A DNA stretch of 64,000 bases from Hydrolagus affinis (taxonomy: Eukaryota), in NCBI GenBank assembly GCA_012026655.1, contig JAAILG010001561.1, positions 1-64,000 on the forward strand, given 5' to 3'. Positions 63,201 through 64,000 of this stretch are shown piece after piece. Numbering within the stretch: position 1 is the first letter of the stretch; the number at the start of each line of letters is the position of its first letter. The translations under genes were made by a program, and so were the position numbers. The notes beneath the pieces are model-generated. The model ran no database searches. It was not told the origin of the DNA and saw only the letters and a list, made by a program, of their open reading frames with translations.

Positions 63201-64000
63201 CTCCCTGTGCCACCTCATTATATTATACAGGGCTTGAATCATTAAAACACCACAGTCAGTCGAGAACCAGCTTGTTTAAACAATGGGGTCAGAAATAGAA
63301 TCCAGATATAAGCCACTCATAGAGACCTCCAATTAGAAACATCAGATTTCAAGATTCATTGTGAGATTTCTGTTGGTGAGACAAACAATTTAGTTAGACT
63401 GTCAACAACGCCCCAGATAAAATTGGTAATTCATTTCATAACTGTTTGCAAGACATTGCTGTGCGTAAATTGACTGCCGAGTTTGCCTACAAATACACAG
63501 TTGTTGCACTTACATCAAATCCTTTGAAGCACTTTGAGGCGTTTCGTGATAAGGAACTAGAGTTTATCAAAATAATCTTGAAAAAATCTTTCAGATCTTG
63601 AAAAATCTGGAAAGTTATCTCAGGCGATTAGCAATTGAAATAGAAATACTGGGTTAATGTTTCAGATTGATCCCTCATCTAAACAGAAATGAATGGGCTG
63701 GAAAAGCCACTTGATAGAATAGGGATGGGAATATGGCCAAGGAAATAAAATCAATAGGAAGTCATAAATATTACTGTGATTGCAATATCTGGTGAAGAAA
63801 GTGTGAACACTGTACTTGTGAGGTATGGCTGGGATTCTGCGTTTGTGTGGTTGTACGTGTGATAGAAAATTCAGTGCTAACTCTCAGTTATTCAAAATGT
63901 GAAGAATGATAAAAAGCCTTACATTTGATGCAGCATCTTATCACGTCTTCGAGTTCTCTCAAAAGTACTTCACGGCACATACTGTAAAGTGAAGTAACTG

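Noticed and set aside
55152-64000. Further SPOCK2 exons
   Set aside because: No sequence encoding the expected KDPC..KC..HKVC exon was found by eye; it probably lies beyond the window.

Overview
Vertebrate genomic DNA with spliceosomal introns and one 100-N assembly gap at 11566-11665. The repeat content (CR1 with ATTCTATG tails, L2 with TTG tails, tRNA/Deu-type SINEs, Penelope-type pLTR remnants) suggests a cartilaginous fish; that is inference. Four genes were reconstructed by eye from splice sites and reading-frame continuity. (1) DNAJB12 (+): seven coding exons, 2571-10263; the first exon lies upstream of the window. (2) ANAPC16 (-): complete, 3 exons, 113 aa. (3) ASCC1 (+): complete, 9 coding exons, 354 aa, head-to-head with ANAPC16 across a small CpG-rich ETS-type promoter. 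(4) The 5' part of SPOCK2/testican-2 (+): exon 34077-34250, a 9-nt EVE microexon at 48665-48673, and exon 55106-55151. The most interesting items are: the microexon with a full neural-microexon signature and an unexplained degenerate ~46-bp repeat array just upstream; a 38/39-nt copy of an ASCC1 exon end plus splice donor inside a nearby DNA transposon; two adjacent long hairpins in a DNAJB12 intron; Penelope-type minimal hammerhead motifs; and the absence of DDIT4 at the assembly gap. I found no convincing wholly new protein-coding system. Gene and repeat names come from recalled family sequences, not database searches, and repeat boundaries are approximate.
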